Positions 25,814 to 36,102 of a stretch of 64,000 bases of DNA are shown piece after piece (the first letter of the stretch is position 1; each line of letters begins with the position of its first letter). This DNA is from Planctomycetota bacterium (GTDB lineage: Bacteria; Planctomycetota; Brocadiia; JAADGH01). Below the pieces are notes generated by a model, which was not told the DNA's origin, searched no databases, and saw only the letters and a program-made list of their open reading frames with translations. The translations under genes were made by a program, and so were the position numbers. The DNA is taken from contig JBFMAD010000002.1 of assembly GCA_040755855.1 (NCBI GenBank), positions 96,001 through 160,000 on the forward strand. The letters are read 5' to 3'.

Positions 25814-28800
25814 ATGCAGCTATCAAAATTAGAACTCGTCGGTTTCAAATCGTTTGCGGACAAAACCGAATTCTCCTTCGAGCCCGGCGTCACCGCCTTT
25901 GTGGGACCGAACGGCTGCGGAAAGAGCAACATCGTGGACGCCGTCAAATGGGTCCTCGGCGAGCAAAGCGCCAAGTCCCTCCGCGGGGCCGAGATGCAGG
26001 ACGTCATCTTTAACGGCGCAACCAGCCAGAAGCCCAAGGGCTACGCCGAGGCGTCGCTCACCATCCAGAACCACAAAAAACTCCTCGCCATTGAGTTCGA
26101 CGAGGTCTGCGTCACCCGCCGCCTCTATCGCTCCGGCGAGTCCGAGTACCTCCTCAACAAACAGCCCTGCCGCCTGAAGGACATCCGCGAGCTCTTCATG
26201 GACACCGGCGTCGGCTGTGACGTCTACTCCGTCATCGAGCAGGGCCAGGTGGACCGCCTCGTCGCCGCCAACGCCAAGGAGCGGCGGATCGTTTTCGAGG
26301 AGGCCGCCGGCATCAGCAAGTTCAAGGCCAAGCGCGAGGAGAGCCGCCGCACCCTCGAGCGCGTCAAGCAGCGGCTCGAGCACGTGGACCACGAACTCCA
26401 GTGGGTGCAGAAGGACCTCCGCTCCGTCCAGATACAGGCCGGCAAGGCGCGTAGTTACAAAGAGGCCGAGGCCAAAGTGCGCGAGCTTACCATCGCCCTC
26501 TCCCTCTCCGAACACCTCAGAAGAAAGGCCCAGGAGAAGGAACTCCGCGAACAGATCAGCGCCCTCGCCGCGCAGCAGGAGGATGCCCGCAACGCCGTGG
26601 CGCGCATCGAAGCCGAACAGGCCCAGATCAACGCCGACGCCGTGACCCTCGAACGCAAGCTCGGCGACGCCCGCACCGAACAGAGCCAGACCGACAGCCG
26701 CATCCGCGCCGCGGAAGAGCGCGTTCGCGTCGAGCAAAACCGCATCGCCGACCTCGACGAGCGGGAGTCGGCCGCGTGCGAAACCGAGAAGGCCGCCCGC
26801 GCCCGCGTAGAGGAACACCGCGATGAGCTCGCCCGCAAGGAGCGCCTCCGCGATTACTTCGAGAATGTGATTCAACAGGGCGCCGAAACGAACGACGCCC
26901 TCTCCGCCACACTGGAAGATCTGACCCGGGGATGCGCGGGCCTCGAACAGCAAATCGAGCAACGCAAGGCCGCGGTCATCGCCAAAACCGCCGTCGTCGC
27001 CAACCTTTCCAACGAGATATCAACCCTCGCCGCCCGGCGCGCCTCGTCGGAGCACAACATCACCCGCCTTCGCCAACGGCAGGAGGAGGTCTCCCGCACC
27101 CTGGAGGAGGCCCTCGCAAGGGAAAACGTCCTGACCCGAGAACGCGATGAACTATCGAGCCGCATGGTGCAACTCCAGGAAACGTTTGCCGGCAAGGAGC
27201 AACTGCTGGAGCACGGGGAGAAGGCGCGCGCAGATATCGAAGATCGCCTGCGTCGAGAGCGTGAAGAACTCGTCAAGTGCGAATCGCGGCGATCCGCCCT
27301 GCAGGAGATCGAAGCCCGGGCCGAAGGGATCGGCGAAGGCGTCCAGGCCGTCATTGCCGAGGCGACCCGCGAGGGCGCCACCCTCGCCGGCGTGAAAGGG
27401 ATCGTCGCCGACTTCATCAAGGTGGAGCTCGAGCACGCCCTCGCCATCGAGACGGCCCTCGGAGAAGGGGCGCAGTTCATCGTTACCGAAACCACGGCGG
27501 ACGCCGCCTCGGCCATCGAGTTCCTGAAGTCCTCGAACAGCGGCCGCGGCGGATTCCTGCCGATGGACCGCGTCGCCGCGAAGGACGGAATTTCACCCGA
27601 GCTCCTTTCTGAGCCGGGGGTCATCGGGCGCGCCTCAGATCTGGTGCGCGGCGCGGAAACCGACCGCGCCCTCTTCGAACACCTGCTCGGCGACGCGATT
27701 GTGGTGGACCGCTTCGACACCGCCCTGCACCTCAGCCGCAACGGCGGGGCGCGCCATCGAATTCTGACCCTTGCCGGCGAGAGGATCGAACCGGCCGGCG
27801 CCATCGTCGGCGGCGCGCGACCGTCCGGCGACTTGATCACCCGCCGAAGCGAGCTGGCCAGCCTCGAGGGGCAGATCGCCAACCTGAAGCAGAGCGTGGC
27901 CTTGCTCGAATGGGAACACCGCCAGACGCTCGCCGCCCTGGGCAAAGTCCGCGATGATATGGAGACCCTGAAAGGTCAGGTGGACCAGTGCCATATAGAA
28001 CGGGCCGCCAGGGAAAGTCAACTCGCCCAGTGGGTCGAGCGCCGCGAGAAGGCCGCCGAGGAACATTCCGTCAACGAGAGCGAAATCGAGGCCATCCGGG
28101 CCGAGATGGACGAGAGCCGCCGGCGCGAGGCGGAACTGCGGAACGAGATCGAACGGATCGAGGCGGAGCGCGCTCGCATTGAGGGGGAAGTGAGCATCGG
28201 CCAGGAGACGCTCAAAGACCATCGCGAAATCCGCACCGACGTGGACGCAACGGTGCGGGACCTGCAGGCCGAACTGGCCCGGCTGAGGAGCGACCAGGCA
28301 AACCGCATCGGCCGCATCGAGTCCGTTGAGCGCCTCATCGCCGAACACCTGAGCCGCGCGGACAACGCGGCCGCTGAGATCCGGCTTTGCCGCCAGCGAA
28401 AAGCCGAAGCCGAGCGGGAGATCGAATCCAGCAAACGGCTCGCCCAGGAACTCGCTCTGCGACGGGAAGAGATACAGCGACAGATCGAGCAACTCATCGC
28501 CGCACAGTCCGAGATCGAGCAGCGAAAGCAGGCGGTGGAGGCCACCCGCAGAGACGCGCAATCGCGCCTGGCCGAGATCACGGCCAAACTGCAGGAACTG
28601 CACGTCCAGGAGGCCCAGTGCCGGACCGAGATCAATGCGCTGGAGGAGCGGGCCCGCGAAGGGTACGAAATTGATCTCGGCACATTAGATCCGGATAAAA
28701 CCATTCCTCCTGACTTCAATCCCGATGTCGCAAAAGAAGAGATTCAAAAGCTGCATGAGAAAATTCGCCGCCTCGGCGCCGTGAACCTTGCCGCCCTGGA

Positions 28801-29428
28801 CGACCAGAAGGCGCTGCAGGAGCGGTTGGACTTTCTCACCGCCCAGCGGGACGACCTGGCCAAATCCGAGCAGGATCTCCATCGCGTGATCCGCCACCTC
28901 AACCGCGAGTGCCGCGAACGATTCATGAAGACCTACGAGGCCGTGCGGGAGAACTTCAAAATTCTATTTCGCAAACTCTTCGGCGGCGGACGGGCCGACA
29001 TCATCATCGAAGAGAACCTCGACGAAAACAGCGACCCCCTCGAGGCGGGCATCGAAATCCTCGCCCAACCCCCAGGCAAGGCCCCCAGCAGCATCTCGCT
29101 CCTATCCGGCGGCGAGCGAACGTTGACTACCGTCGCCCTCCTTTTCGCCATCTTCAAGGCCAAGCCGAGCCCCTTCTGCATCCTTGACGAAGTGGACGCC
29201 GCCCTCGACGACAAGAATGTCGGACGATTCGTCGAGTTGCTGCAGGAATTCCTGAGCGATTCTCAATTCATTATCATAACCCACAACAAGCGGACGATGA
29301 GCGTCGCGGACATCCTCTACGGCATCACCATGCAGGACTCCGGCGTCAGCAAGCGAGTGGCCGTCAAATTCGAGCGCGGCGAGCCCCTTGCCGAAGCCCC
29401 TATCTCCAGCGAACATCTCAACGGCTGA
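25814..29428 (+). CDS. smc: Chromosome segregation protein SMC
   Basis: GFKSF, GPNGCGKSN, hinge domain, LLSGGE, ILDEVDAALD, ITHNK. Confidence 0.98.
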   Translation: MQLSKLELVGFKSFADKTEFSFEPGVTAFVGPNGCGKSNIVDAVKWVLGEQSAKSLRGAEMQDVIFNGATSQKPKGYAEASLTIQNHKKLLAIEFDEVCVTRRLYRSGESEYLLNKQPCRLKDIRELFMDTGVGCDVYSVIEQGQVDRLVAANAKERRIVFEEAAGISKFKAKREESRRTLERVKQRLEHVDHELQWVQKDLRSVQIQAGKARSYKEAEAKVRELTIALSLSEHLRRKAQEKELREQISALAAQQEDARNAVARIEAEQAQINADAVTLERKLGDARTEQSQTDSRIRAAEERVRVEQNRIADLDERESAACETEKAARARVEEHRDELARKERLRDYFENVIQQGAETNDALSATLEDLTRGCAGLEQQIEQRKAAVIAKTAVVANLSNEISTLAARRASSEHNITRLRQRQEEVSRTLEEALARENVLTRERDELSSRMVQLQETFAGKEQLLEHGEKARADIEDRLRREREELVKCESRRSALQEIEARAEGIGEGVQAVIAEATREGATLAGVKGIVADFIKVELEHALAIETALGEGAQFIVTETTADAASAIEFLKSSNSGRGGFLPMDRVAAKDGISPELLSEPGVIGRASDLVRGAETDRALFEHLLGDAIVVDRFDTALHLSRNGGARHRILTLAGERIEPAGAIVGGARPSGDLITRRSELASLEGQIANLKQSVALLEWEHRQTLAALGKVRDDMETLKGQVDQCHIERAARESQLAQWVERREKAAEEHSVNESEIEAIRAEMDESRRREAELRNEIERIEAERARIEGEVSIGQETLKDHREIRTDVDATVRDLQAELARLRSDQANRIGRIESVERLIAEHLSRADNAAAEIRLCRQRKAEAEREIESSKRLAQELALRREEIQRQIEQLIAAQSEIEQRKQAVEATRRDAQSRLAEITAKLQELHVQEAQCRTEINALEERAREGYEIDLGTLDPDKTIPPDFNPDVAKEEIQKLHEKIRRLGAVNLAALDDQKALQERLDFLTAQRDDLAKSEQDLHRVIRHLNRECRERFMKTYEAVRENFKILFRKLFGGGRADIIIEENLDENSDPLEAGIEILAQPPGKAPSSISLLSGGERTLTTVALLFAIFKAKPSPFCILDEVDAALDDKNVGRFVELLQEFLSDSQFIIITHNKRTMSVADILYGITMQDSGVSKRVAVKFERGEPLAEAPISSEHLNG

Positions 29429-29467
29429 TAACGCTCCGTGCGGGGCGGGCGAGAGGCAGGGGACAGT

Positions 29468-30364
29468 TCATTTATCCCTTCCCCCGTCTCCGCCTTGCGG
29501 GGCCTTCTTGATGGTCCGTTGTATCGGGCGGAACGACAAGTAACCGCACGGCAATAGAATCAAACCCGCCCCGAGCCAAAAGCTCAGCCTCAGTTCCTCA
29601 TTGAAGGCGGCCACGGCTATAATAGTCGAGAGGAGCGGACTCAGGAGTCCCAGCAGGCTGCCGTAGGTCGCTCCGGTGAACTTGTAGGCGTTGGTCATCG
29701 TGAGTTGTCCCACGACCGACAGGGATGCAATTAGGAACAGCATCATCCATTCCCCTTGCGTGGGCCACACCCAATGGGTCCACATCGGCCACAAGACCAT
29801 CGCCAAGCCGAAAAGGCACTGCGACCAGAAGATGTTTGTCGAGCTGTCGGTCTCGCGGCATTTCGTCAAAGCCACGACCGCCATCGCCGAGGTGACCCCC
29901 ACGCTCAGGCCGATCACTTCGCTCGGGGAGAGGCTCAATTCCGCTGCGCCGGTAAACACCCCTATGCCCAACCCGGCCAGTGCGACGGCGAGCCAGTGCC
30001 CCGCCGTTAGCCGCTCGCCGAGGATGGGAATGGCAAACAGCGCCGCGAAGATCGGGTAGGTATAGCTGTAGAGCGCGCCCTTGGCCAGTCCCAACGCCGC
30101 AATCGTCCAAAAGTAAGCGATCACCGCGTATCCGCCGGTGCTGCCCCGGATCGCAATCCAACGCCAGTTGGTCCATTGCATCTTGCGCACGCCGGTAAGG
30201 AACGCAAGCAGGACGCATAGATTCCCCACGAGGAAGCGCACCATAGCCACGGTGTACGGGGATATATGCGGCGAGTCCAGGCTAAGCTTACGGATGAGCG
30301 CGGACATCACCGCGAAGAAGACCGAGGACAGGAGCATCACGAGCAGGCCGCGCTTCACGTGCAT
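29468..30364 (-). CDS. DMT/EamA family transporter
   Basis: About 10 TM segments in two EamA-like repeats (YTYPIFAALFAIPILGERL). Confidence 0.88.
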   Translation of the reverse strand: MHVKRGLLVMLLSSVFFAVMSALIRKLSLDSPHISPYTVAMVRFLVGNLCVLLAFLTGVRKMQWTNWRWIAIRGSTGGYAVIAYFWTIAALGLAKGALYSYTYPIFAALFAIPILGERLTAGHWLAVALAGLGIGVFTGAAELSLSPSEVIGLSVGVTSAMAVVALTKCRETDSSTNIFWSQCLFGLAMVLWPMWTHWVWPTQGEWMMLFLIASLSVVGQLTMTNAYKFTGATYGSLLGLLSPLLSTIIAVAAFNEELRLSFWLGAGLILLPCGYLSFRPIQRTIKKAPQGGDGGRDK

Positions 30365-30377
30365 GGATTGTGCACCT

Positions 30378-33300
30378 TTACTTCCCATGCAAAACTTTAT
30401 CCAATTTTTCGATCTGCTCGCCGATGGCTCGGCGAGTCCGCACGGGCGCATCCGGGTCGGGCAGGATGTCGGTCGAGTAGCACCCGCCCTTGTTCGGGAT
30501 AGAAACGATCTCGTTGACACGGTTGAGCGCGACCTCGGCATCGGCCGTGGCGAGACCCTTGGCCTTGGCGCGGGCGATCAGGTCGTTCAAGATGACAAAG
30601 TATTCGTAATCCTCAACCCCCTCGCGCGCCTGCTCCATGCGGACGGAACTCACCGGTCCGTTTACGCCAAACCGCTTGCCGGGGTAGAGAAGATACCCGT
30701 CGCCGTTCGGGTAGCGGACATTGTAGCGCGGCTGGTCGGGAGCGCTGGCCTGGGAGATGTACTGGTGGTAGCCCTTCTCCCACGGGTCGTAGGTCCACCA
30801 CGAGATGCCCCAGAACTCGTAGCCGACGACGTGATACTTCCAGCAGAAGTATGGCAGCAGTCGTTCGATGCCGCAGTAGGGCGTGTCAATGCACATCTGC
30901 CCGTCGGTGGTGAAGATCAGCGTGTCGCCCGCCTGGCGGCGCTCCTCCATCTTCTCCACCGGGAAGCAGCCGTACGCCCCTACGCCCCACGCCTTCAGCG
31001 CGCCGACGTAGCCCGGGACGTAACGCCACGTGCTGGAGTAGGTGAGCAGGTTCGGTTCGATCTCGGCGATGAGCTTGCAGTAGGTTGCCAGATTCGTCAC
31101 GACATAATCATGCGAGAAATGCGGCTCGTCGGAGACGTAGCAGAGCGCCTTCTTGTCCCAGCCCTTCGCGCGCAGGTGGTCCATGTAGGCGGTGAGCGAC
31201 TTGCGGAGGGCCTCTTTGTATTCGGGGGTGAACGCCTCAAAGCCGAAGACCTTCCTCGGCGGGTAGGCCCAGCCGAAGGCGTAGAACATATGGTGTGTGT
31301 AGAAGCTGTTCATGCCCAGGACGTCGAGGCAGTAGTGCGCCGCCTCGTCGAACCCCTTCGTGTCCAGCTCCACCTTCCCGTCCTTGTAGGTAATGTTCAT
31401 CTCCGGCTGGAACCGGTCCGTGCAGACGCGGTGGTCGGCCATGAACTTGTACCACGGGCGGAGCGACTCCGCGTCGGGATAGAGATGGCGCAGCGAGTGG
31501 AAGCGCAGGTCGTAGATCACGCGGAGCCGGGTATCCTTCGGCAGGACGAAGTCCCAGACATGCACCCGGAGACGGACGGCGGTGTGAAAGGCCCCTCGCG
31601 CCTCGACGACAACTTGGCCGTTGTACTCACCCGGCGCGGCGCCATCCGGGACGCGGACCGTGATCCAGACCGGCTGCGACTGGTTCGCCTTCAGATCGAA
31701 CGGCTCGTAGGGCCTTAGCGGATCGGGCCAGTCGCCCGCCCACCCGTCGCACCGCGGCGGGGCCTTGGGGTAGAGGCGGTACCACGGCGGCTGGTTCGAT
31801 TGGTAGTAACTGGTCGGGTAGTCTATGGGGACGTAGCCGACGAGCTCCACCTTGACATTGGCCAGCTTCTCCCCCTTGGCGTTGGCCGGAGGCTCGACCT
31901 TCACGCTGACATCGGATAGGTCGCGCGCGCTGCGCAAGACCAACTGGATCGGCTCGTACTCGTTCCGGGCCGACTGCGCCTCGATCTCCTTCAACTGCAC
32001 GTCCGGGATGTCCTCGCGAAAGACCTTGACCACCGGATTGACGAGCCACATGGCGACGGGGCCTTTCCGCTCGGCGGCATCCGCGCCGGGGCGGGTCTCC
32101 AGGTCGCCGAGGATCGCCGGGATCATCCTGCAGAAGACGATGTCATCGTGCCAAAGCGTGCCGTGGCAGTCCATGGTGAGGTGCAGGGCCACGAAGCGCG
32201 TCTCGCCGGAGGTCTGCAGGACCGCGCTGGTCTGGGTCCAGTCGGCGTCTCCCGACACATCGGGCCGCGTCGAGAAGCCCCACTGCCCCTTGATCTGCTT
32301 GTGGTCCTTGTTGTGCTGGTGGAGGTGGAGGGTGGCTTTCCCATCCACGCCTTTCGTCTTGAGGAAACCGCTATAGAGGTAGGTGGCGTTCGGCTCGACG
32401 GCAATGGTCTGGTGATGCCCGCGCCAACCGGCCTTGGCATCGGCGGGGACATCGAGGCGGATGCACTTCTGCCCGGAGCGGGCGCCGCCGTCAATCTTCG
32501 ACATGCCCTCCTGGCGCTGCCACTCAGCGTCGCCCTGCTCGAAGGACGGGTTCTTCACGAGGTTCGTCTTGCCCGACACGAGGTCGTCGCCGGAGAGCAT
32601 CTTGCCCGGCTTGATTCGCTTGTCGCAGCTTACGTAGACATGGTAGGTCTTTTCACTTCGGGCGGGGAGATCGGCCTGGAAGAGGACCGTGTTGTCCTGA
32701 AGCAGATGGGGACAGACGGCAGCGGTGGTCGAATCCACAACGCGAACGGAATCCAGATTCGCCTTCCGAAACGCCCCCTTCAGGCCCTGGTTCAGGTCCA
32801 CGCTGGCGAGGGCGTTCTGCGCCGCCTGGTCGGACATGTTGAGGAGCGTCACGCCGAGCCGATATTCCCACACGGGGCCGTTGGGCGCGTCGGCCTTCAG
32901 CCATGCGTCGGCGACAGTGATCTTCTGCAGGGTCAAAGATTCCTTCTTGCCGACCGACACCTGGGCGGGCTGGGAGGCGTCGGCCCGTTCGAGGCGGAAC
33001 TCGTCGTACCAGGCTGTGCCCGTGCCGCTCAGGATCGTGCCGACGGTAGCGTCCTTGGCGTCGGGAGGGGTGGTGAAGCGAATCTCCAGTTCCTTCCAGT
33101 CGTAGGTCCCCTCGCCCGCGTCGGCAGACTGGTTCATGATCATGGGCTTCTCGCCGTTGACGTGGATGAAAAACCCCGCGCGGCCCTTGACATCCTTGCC
33201 CTTGACGCATGCCTTCAGGACGTACTCCTTGCCGGAGGTCAGGGGGATTTTGTATTGACCGTACTTGACCCATGTCGGCTCGGCGCCGGCAGCGACCACG

Positions 33301-33878
33301 CACTTGACGCAGCGCCCCCCGTCGCACGGCGACTCCTTGACCCACGACAGATGGTGTGTGTCATCTTCCCCCCATGTGGTCCAGCCGGCGGGCGTCTCGC
33401 CGCCGTCCTCGAAGCCGCCGTTGAGGAGGGGCACGTTGGCGCGCCAGAAGTCGTCCACGGCCTCGGCGTCGGGATTGTCGTAGTATATGTGATAGACGGT
33501 GCTGCCCTGCGGGTCGCACTCCACGGCGAAGGCGAGGGTGTCCCCATCGGCGAGCGCGCCGATGGTCTTGGGCCTTTGCTGCGTGTCGAGCAGCTCGTAG
33601 AGCAGCTCCTCGCCCTGGGCGTCGCAGACGCGAAGGGCCTTGATCTCCTCCCCGGACAGGTCGAGACGGCCATCGCCCTTGCCGACGGTGAGGGAGATGG
33701 AGTCGCCCTCGATCTTCCGCTCGGACGTGTTGCGGACATCGACGCGGACGCGGCCCTTCCAGTACCCCTTCCCCGCCTTGTAGAACCGCAGGTGCCAGGG
33801 AGACTCATCGGCGTCGGCTACACCAAGGGAAAACACGGAGAAAAGAAGCAAGGCCAAGAATACACATTTGCGGAACAT
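30378..33878 (-). CDS. Large secreted protein with two CBM4/9-like domains and a C-terminal DUF4091 (GH123-like) domain
   Basis: LLNGGFE and LVKNPSFE modules, ARNEYEPIQL, DEP, NGDGYLLYPG...SSVRMEQAREGVEDYEY. Confidence 0.75.
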   Translation of the reverse strand: MFRKCVFLALLLFSVFSLGVADADESPWHLRFYKAGKGYWKGRVRVDVRNTSERKIEGDSISLTVGKGDGRLDLSGEEIKALRVCDAQGEELLYELLDTQQRPKTIGALADGDTLAFAVECDPQGSTVYHIYYDNPDAEAVDDFWRANVPLLNGGFEDGGETPAGWTTWGEDDTHHLSWVKESPCDGGRCVKCVVAAGAEPTWVKYGQYKIPLTSGKEYVLKACVKGKDVKGRAGFFIHVNGEKPMIMNQSADAGEGTYDWKELEIRFTTPPDAKDATVGTILSGTGTAWYDEFRLERADASQPAQVSVGKKESLTLQKITVADAWLKADAPNGPVWEYRLGVTLLNMSDQAAQNALASVDLNQGLKGAFRKANLDSVRVVDSTTAAVCPHLLQDNTVLFQADLPARSEKTYHVYVSCDKRIKPGKMLSGDDLVSGKTNLVKNPSFEQGDAEWQRQEGMSKIDGGARSGQKCIRLDVPADAKAGWRGHHQTIAVEPNATYLYSGFLKTKGVDGKATLHLHQHNKDHKQIKGQWGFSTRPDVSGDADWTQTSAVLQTSGETRFVALHLTMDCHGTLWHDDIVFCRMIPAILGDLETRPGADAAERKGPVAMWLVNPVVKVFREDIPDVQLKEIEAQSARNEYEPIQLVLRSARDLSDVSVKVEPPANAKGEKLANVKVELVGYVPIDYPTSYYQSNQPPWYRLYPKAPPRCDGWAGDWPDPLRPYEPFDLKANQSQPVWITVRVPDGAAPGEYNGQVVVEARGAFHTAVRLRVHVWDFVLPKDTRLRVIYDLRFHSLRHLYPDAESLRPWYKFMADHRVCTDRFQPEMNITYKDGKVELDTKGFDEAAHYCLDVLGMNSFYTHHMFYAFGWAYPPRKVFGFEAFTPEYKEALRKSLTAYMDHLRAKGWDKKALCYVSDEPHFSHDYVVTNLATYCKLIAEIEPNLLTYSSTWRYVPGYVGALKAWGVGAYGCFPVEKMEERRQAGDTLIFTTDGQMCIDTPYCGIERLLPYFCWKYHVVGYEFWGISWWTYDPWEKGYHQYISQASAPDQPRYNVRYPNGDGYLLYPGKRFGVNGPVSSVRMEQAREGVEDYEYFVILNDLIARAKAKGLATADAEVALNRVNEIVSIPNKGGCYSTDILPDPDAPVRTRRAIGEQIEKLDKVLHGK

Positions 33879-33997
33879 GGCAATCTCCCGTGTCAATGTC
33901 GGGGCGTTTTTCTGCATCATCGAGTTTCTACAGGTTGACATAGGATAACCACGACATCGGAGAAACGCAAGAGGTTCGTTCTGTGGTGCGACGTTAC

Positions 33998-34026
33998 TTG
34001 ACAGCGCTGCCGCATAGTGGTAAGGT
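33998..34026 (+). promoter_or_regulatory. Sigma70-type promoter of the DUF4258/YgiT pair
   Basis: TTGACA-17 nt-TAAGGT with extended -10 TG. Confidence 0.55.
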
Positions 34027-34117
34027 GGAGATAGGCAGAAGAGGGGGATGCCGAAGGGCCATCTGCCGTCAGGTTCGGTGAGGTCGGTGATCTGTTTATC
34101 CTTATGCGGGACGCGGG

Positions 34118-34393
34118 TTGAGCAGGATCGGTGAAATCCAGGCCCTTGTGCGCAACGGTCTGTATTATTTGACCGAGCATGCGTATGAGGAAGCGGCGTT
34201 GGAGGATTTCAATATCTATGATGTGGAGGAAGGCATCCTCGGTGGAAGGATCAGAAGAACGTGGCCGAGGCAGCAGAAATATGAAGTCGTTGGCTCGGCG
34301 TTGGATGGGCGACCGATCGGTGCAATATGTCGCATAACACCGGGAGGCAAAATCCGCGTTATCACTGTTTGCGAAGATAGGCCAAAGAGATGA
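34118..34393 (+). CDS. DUF4258 family protein (putative RelE-fold toxin)
   Basis: YYLTEHAYEE...DVEEGIL...RVITV. Confidence 0.75.
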   Translation: MSRIGEIQALVRNGLYYLTEHAYEEAALEDFNIYDVEEGILGGRIRRTWPRQQKYEVVGSALDGRPIGAICRITPGGKIRVITVCEDRPKR

Positions 34394-34644
34394 AGCAAAA
34401 AACAGAGAACTTCTGGCAGGGGGAGACATGCGAGTACTGCGGCGGTACCATTGTGGAGAAGCGGGTGACATTGCACCGCCGCCTTCGGGCCAAGTCCGTT
34501 CTCATTGAGAATGTGCCGGCTGGGGTGTGTCGAGAGTGCGGCACACGGTACTACGCGGCCAATGTGCTCAAGCGTGTGGAGGAAAGCGTGCGCGGGCGAC
34601 GCCCGTCAGATCGGGAGGAAGTGGTCGCCGTCTATTCGCTGTAG
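34390..34644 (+). CDS. YgiT/MqsA-type zinc-finger protein (putative antitoxin)
   Basis: CEYCGG...IENVPAGVCRECG. ATGA overlap with DUF4258. Confidence 0.85.
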   Translation: MKQKTENFWQGETCEYCGGTIVEKRVTLHRRLRAKSVLIENVPAGVCRECGTRYYAANVLKRVEESVRGRRPSDREEVVAVYSL

Positions 34645-34733
34645 CGCAGATGTTGCAGAAATCAAACATTGAACGACATGCTGCAAGAGTCCGTTGGCGC
34701 GACGTCGTCTGTATGTGGTTGCTGAGGCCATCG

Positions 34734-35654
34734 TCAGTCTTCTGTCCACGGAGTCCCTTGTAGCAGTTTCTGCCACGCATCCGTGGATTTTCCAACCGTT
34801 CGGATGGCCTTTCTGGCCAACCCATACTGGGCGAGGAGATTCGCGAGACAGAAAGCGTGGCAGCCGGGACAGTTGAGGGTCCTGACATAGGCGTCGTATG
34901 AGAGAAGCACTTGCCTCCTGGATAGCTGTTCGGAAATGTGAATCCCGCCCACAATCTCCTGCCGTGCCCCAATGTATCCAGGGCGGTCCTTCAAGGGATG
35001 GATCCGTTCGCCATGAATTCGCCGCCCAATGGCGTCCGGAAGTTCCCTTGTCATCTCCTGAATCCGCCGCCGAATCGGGTTCTCTTCGTCCGCGAGGATT
35101 TCCAACCCCCAGAGATCCAATTGCGCGGTCTCTCCCGACGGGTCGTTCTCCAGGGCCTCACTCAACTGATCAAGGTTTGAGCGCAGCAATTTTTGGAACT
35201 TCTGACTTGCAAGGACTTCTCCAATGACACCATCAAGTACCATCACAGGGCAGTCCGGATCATCAGCCGGTTCGATTTCAGGATAGGATACGACGACGAT
35301 GGGCAGGCCGCAGCACTCGCATGCGTTGATCTTGGCATCCAGTTTGAGCTTTCGATGCGGGTCTTCTGTTTTCACGACCTGAATATATTTTCCGTGACGT
35401 GAGAAACCGTGACCAAGGCCATCGAACTCGACTGCCAGGATCGGCGATGCAGAGCGATCGCAAACCACAAAGTCAAATTCGGTCTTGAGTAGGTATTCCC
35501 TGGCCTGGTCGCTGATAGACAGGTTCTTGAGCTTGTCATACCCAAGGGCTTTTCGAACGGGAACTTGTGGATACACGTCCAGGTATTTCTGCCAGTGTGT
35601 CCGCACCTTCGTGTACGCCCGCTTTTCACTGTCACTATCGAACAGTAAAGGCAT
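34734..35654 (-). CDS. DUF2726-like PD-(D/E)xK-fold protein
   Basis: VYPQVP...EFDFVVCD...LAVEFDGLGH...K...C...GLPIV. Confidence 0.65.
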   Translation of the reverse strand: MPLLFDSDSEKRAYTKVRTHWQKYLDVYPQVPVRKALGYDKLKNLSISDQAREYLLKTEFDFVVCDRSASPILAVEFDGLGHGFSRHGKYIQVVKTEDPHRKLKLDAKINACECCGLPIVVVSYPEIEPADDPDCPVMVLDGVIGEVLASQKFQKLLRSNLDQLSEALENDPSGETAQLDLWGLEILADEENPIRRRIQEMTRELPDAIGRRIHGERIHPLKDRPGYIGARQEIVGGIHISEQLSRRQVLLSYDAYVRTLNCPGCHAFCLANLLAQYGLARKAIRTVGKSTDAWQKLLQGTPWTED

Positions 35655-35677
35655 GTCGCGCCTCACCTGATGCGGAC

Positions 35678-36013
35678 TCAGGCGTTCCCATACAACACCA
35701 CCCCGTGTTCCAACACGTCTTGGACAAAGAAATCCTGGAGGGCAAGCCTCTCCTGAAGTTCTTTGGGTGTGTATACAAGAGGCGAAACAGAAGCCGTTCT
35801 GCGACGGTCTCGCAACAGCCGCTTTACCTCCATCCATCGTCGCATGGGGGGATGGTCCGTCTCTTTGACAATGAGCAAGTCAATGTCGCTGTCCGGGGTA
35901 GGTTTGCCGCCTGCATAGGAACCAAAAAGGACGATCAGTTGCGGCGCGTACTCTGCCACAAGCTTCTGGACGATCTCGCCAATCTCTGGTCTGACCCTTT
36001 TTTCCGCCTTCAT
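35678..36013 (-). CDS. Minimal nucleotidyltransferase (MNT-type antitoxin)
   Basis: IVLFGSYAGG...DSDIDLLIV...GVVLYG. Confidence 0.88.
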   Translation of the reverse strand: MKAEKRVRPEIGEIVQKLVAEYAPQLIVLFGSYAGGKPTPDSDIDLLIVKETDHPPMRRWMEVKRLLRDRRRTASVSPLVYTPKELQERLALQDFFVQDVLEHGVVLYGNA

Positions 36014-36102
36014 CACGCCGCTCCTTATCCGGGTCGCCTCACGCCGCCGGGCGACTGCATGTGATTCTCCCGCCGAAATATACCCCCTTGCCGTGTGGAA
36101 AT

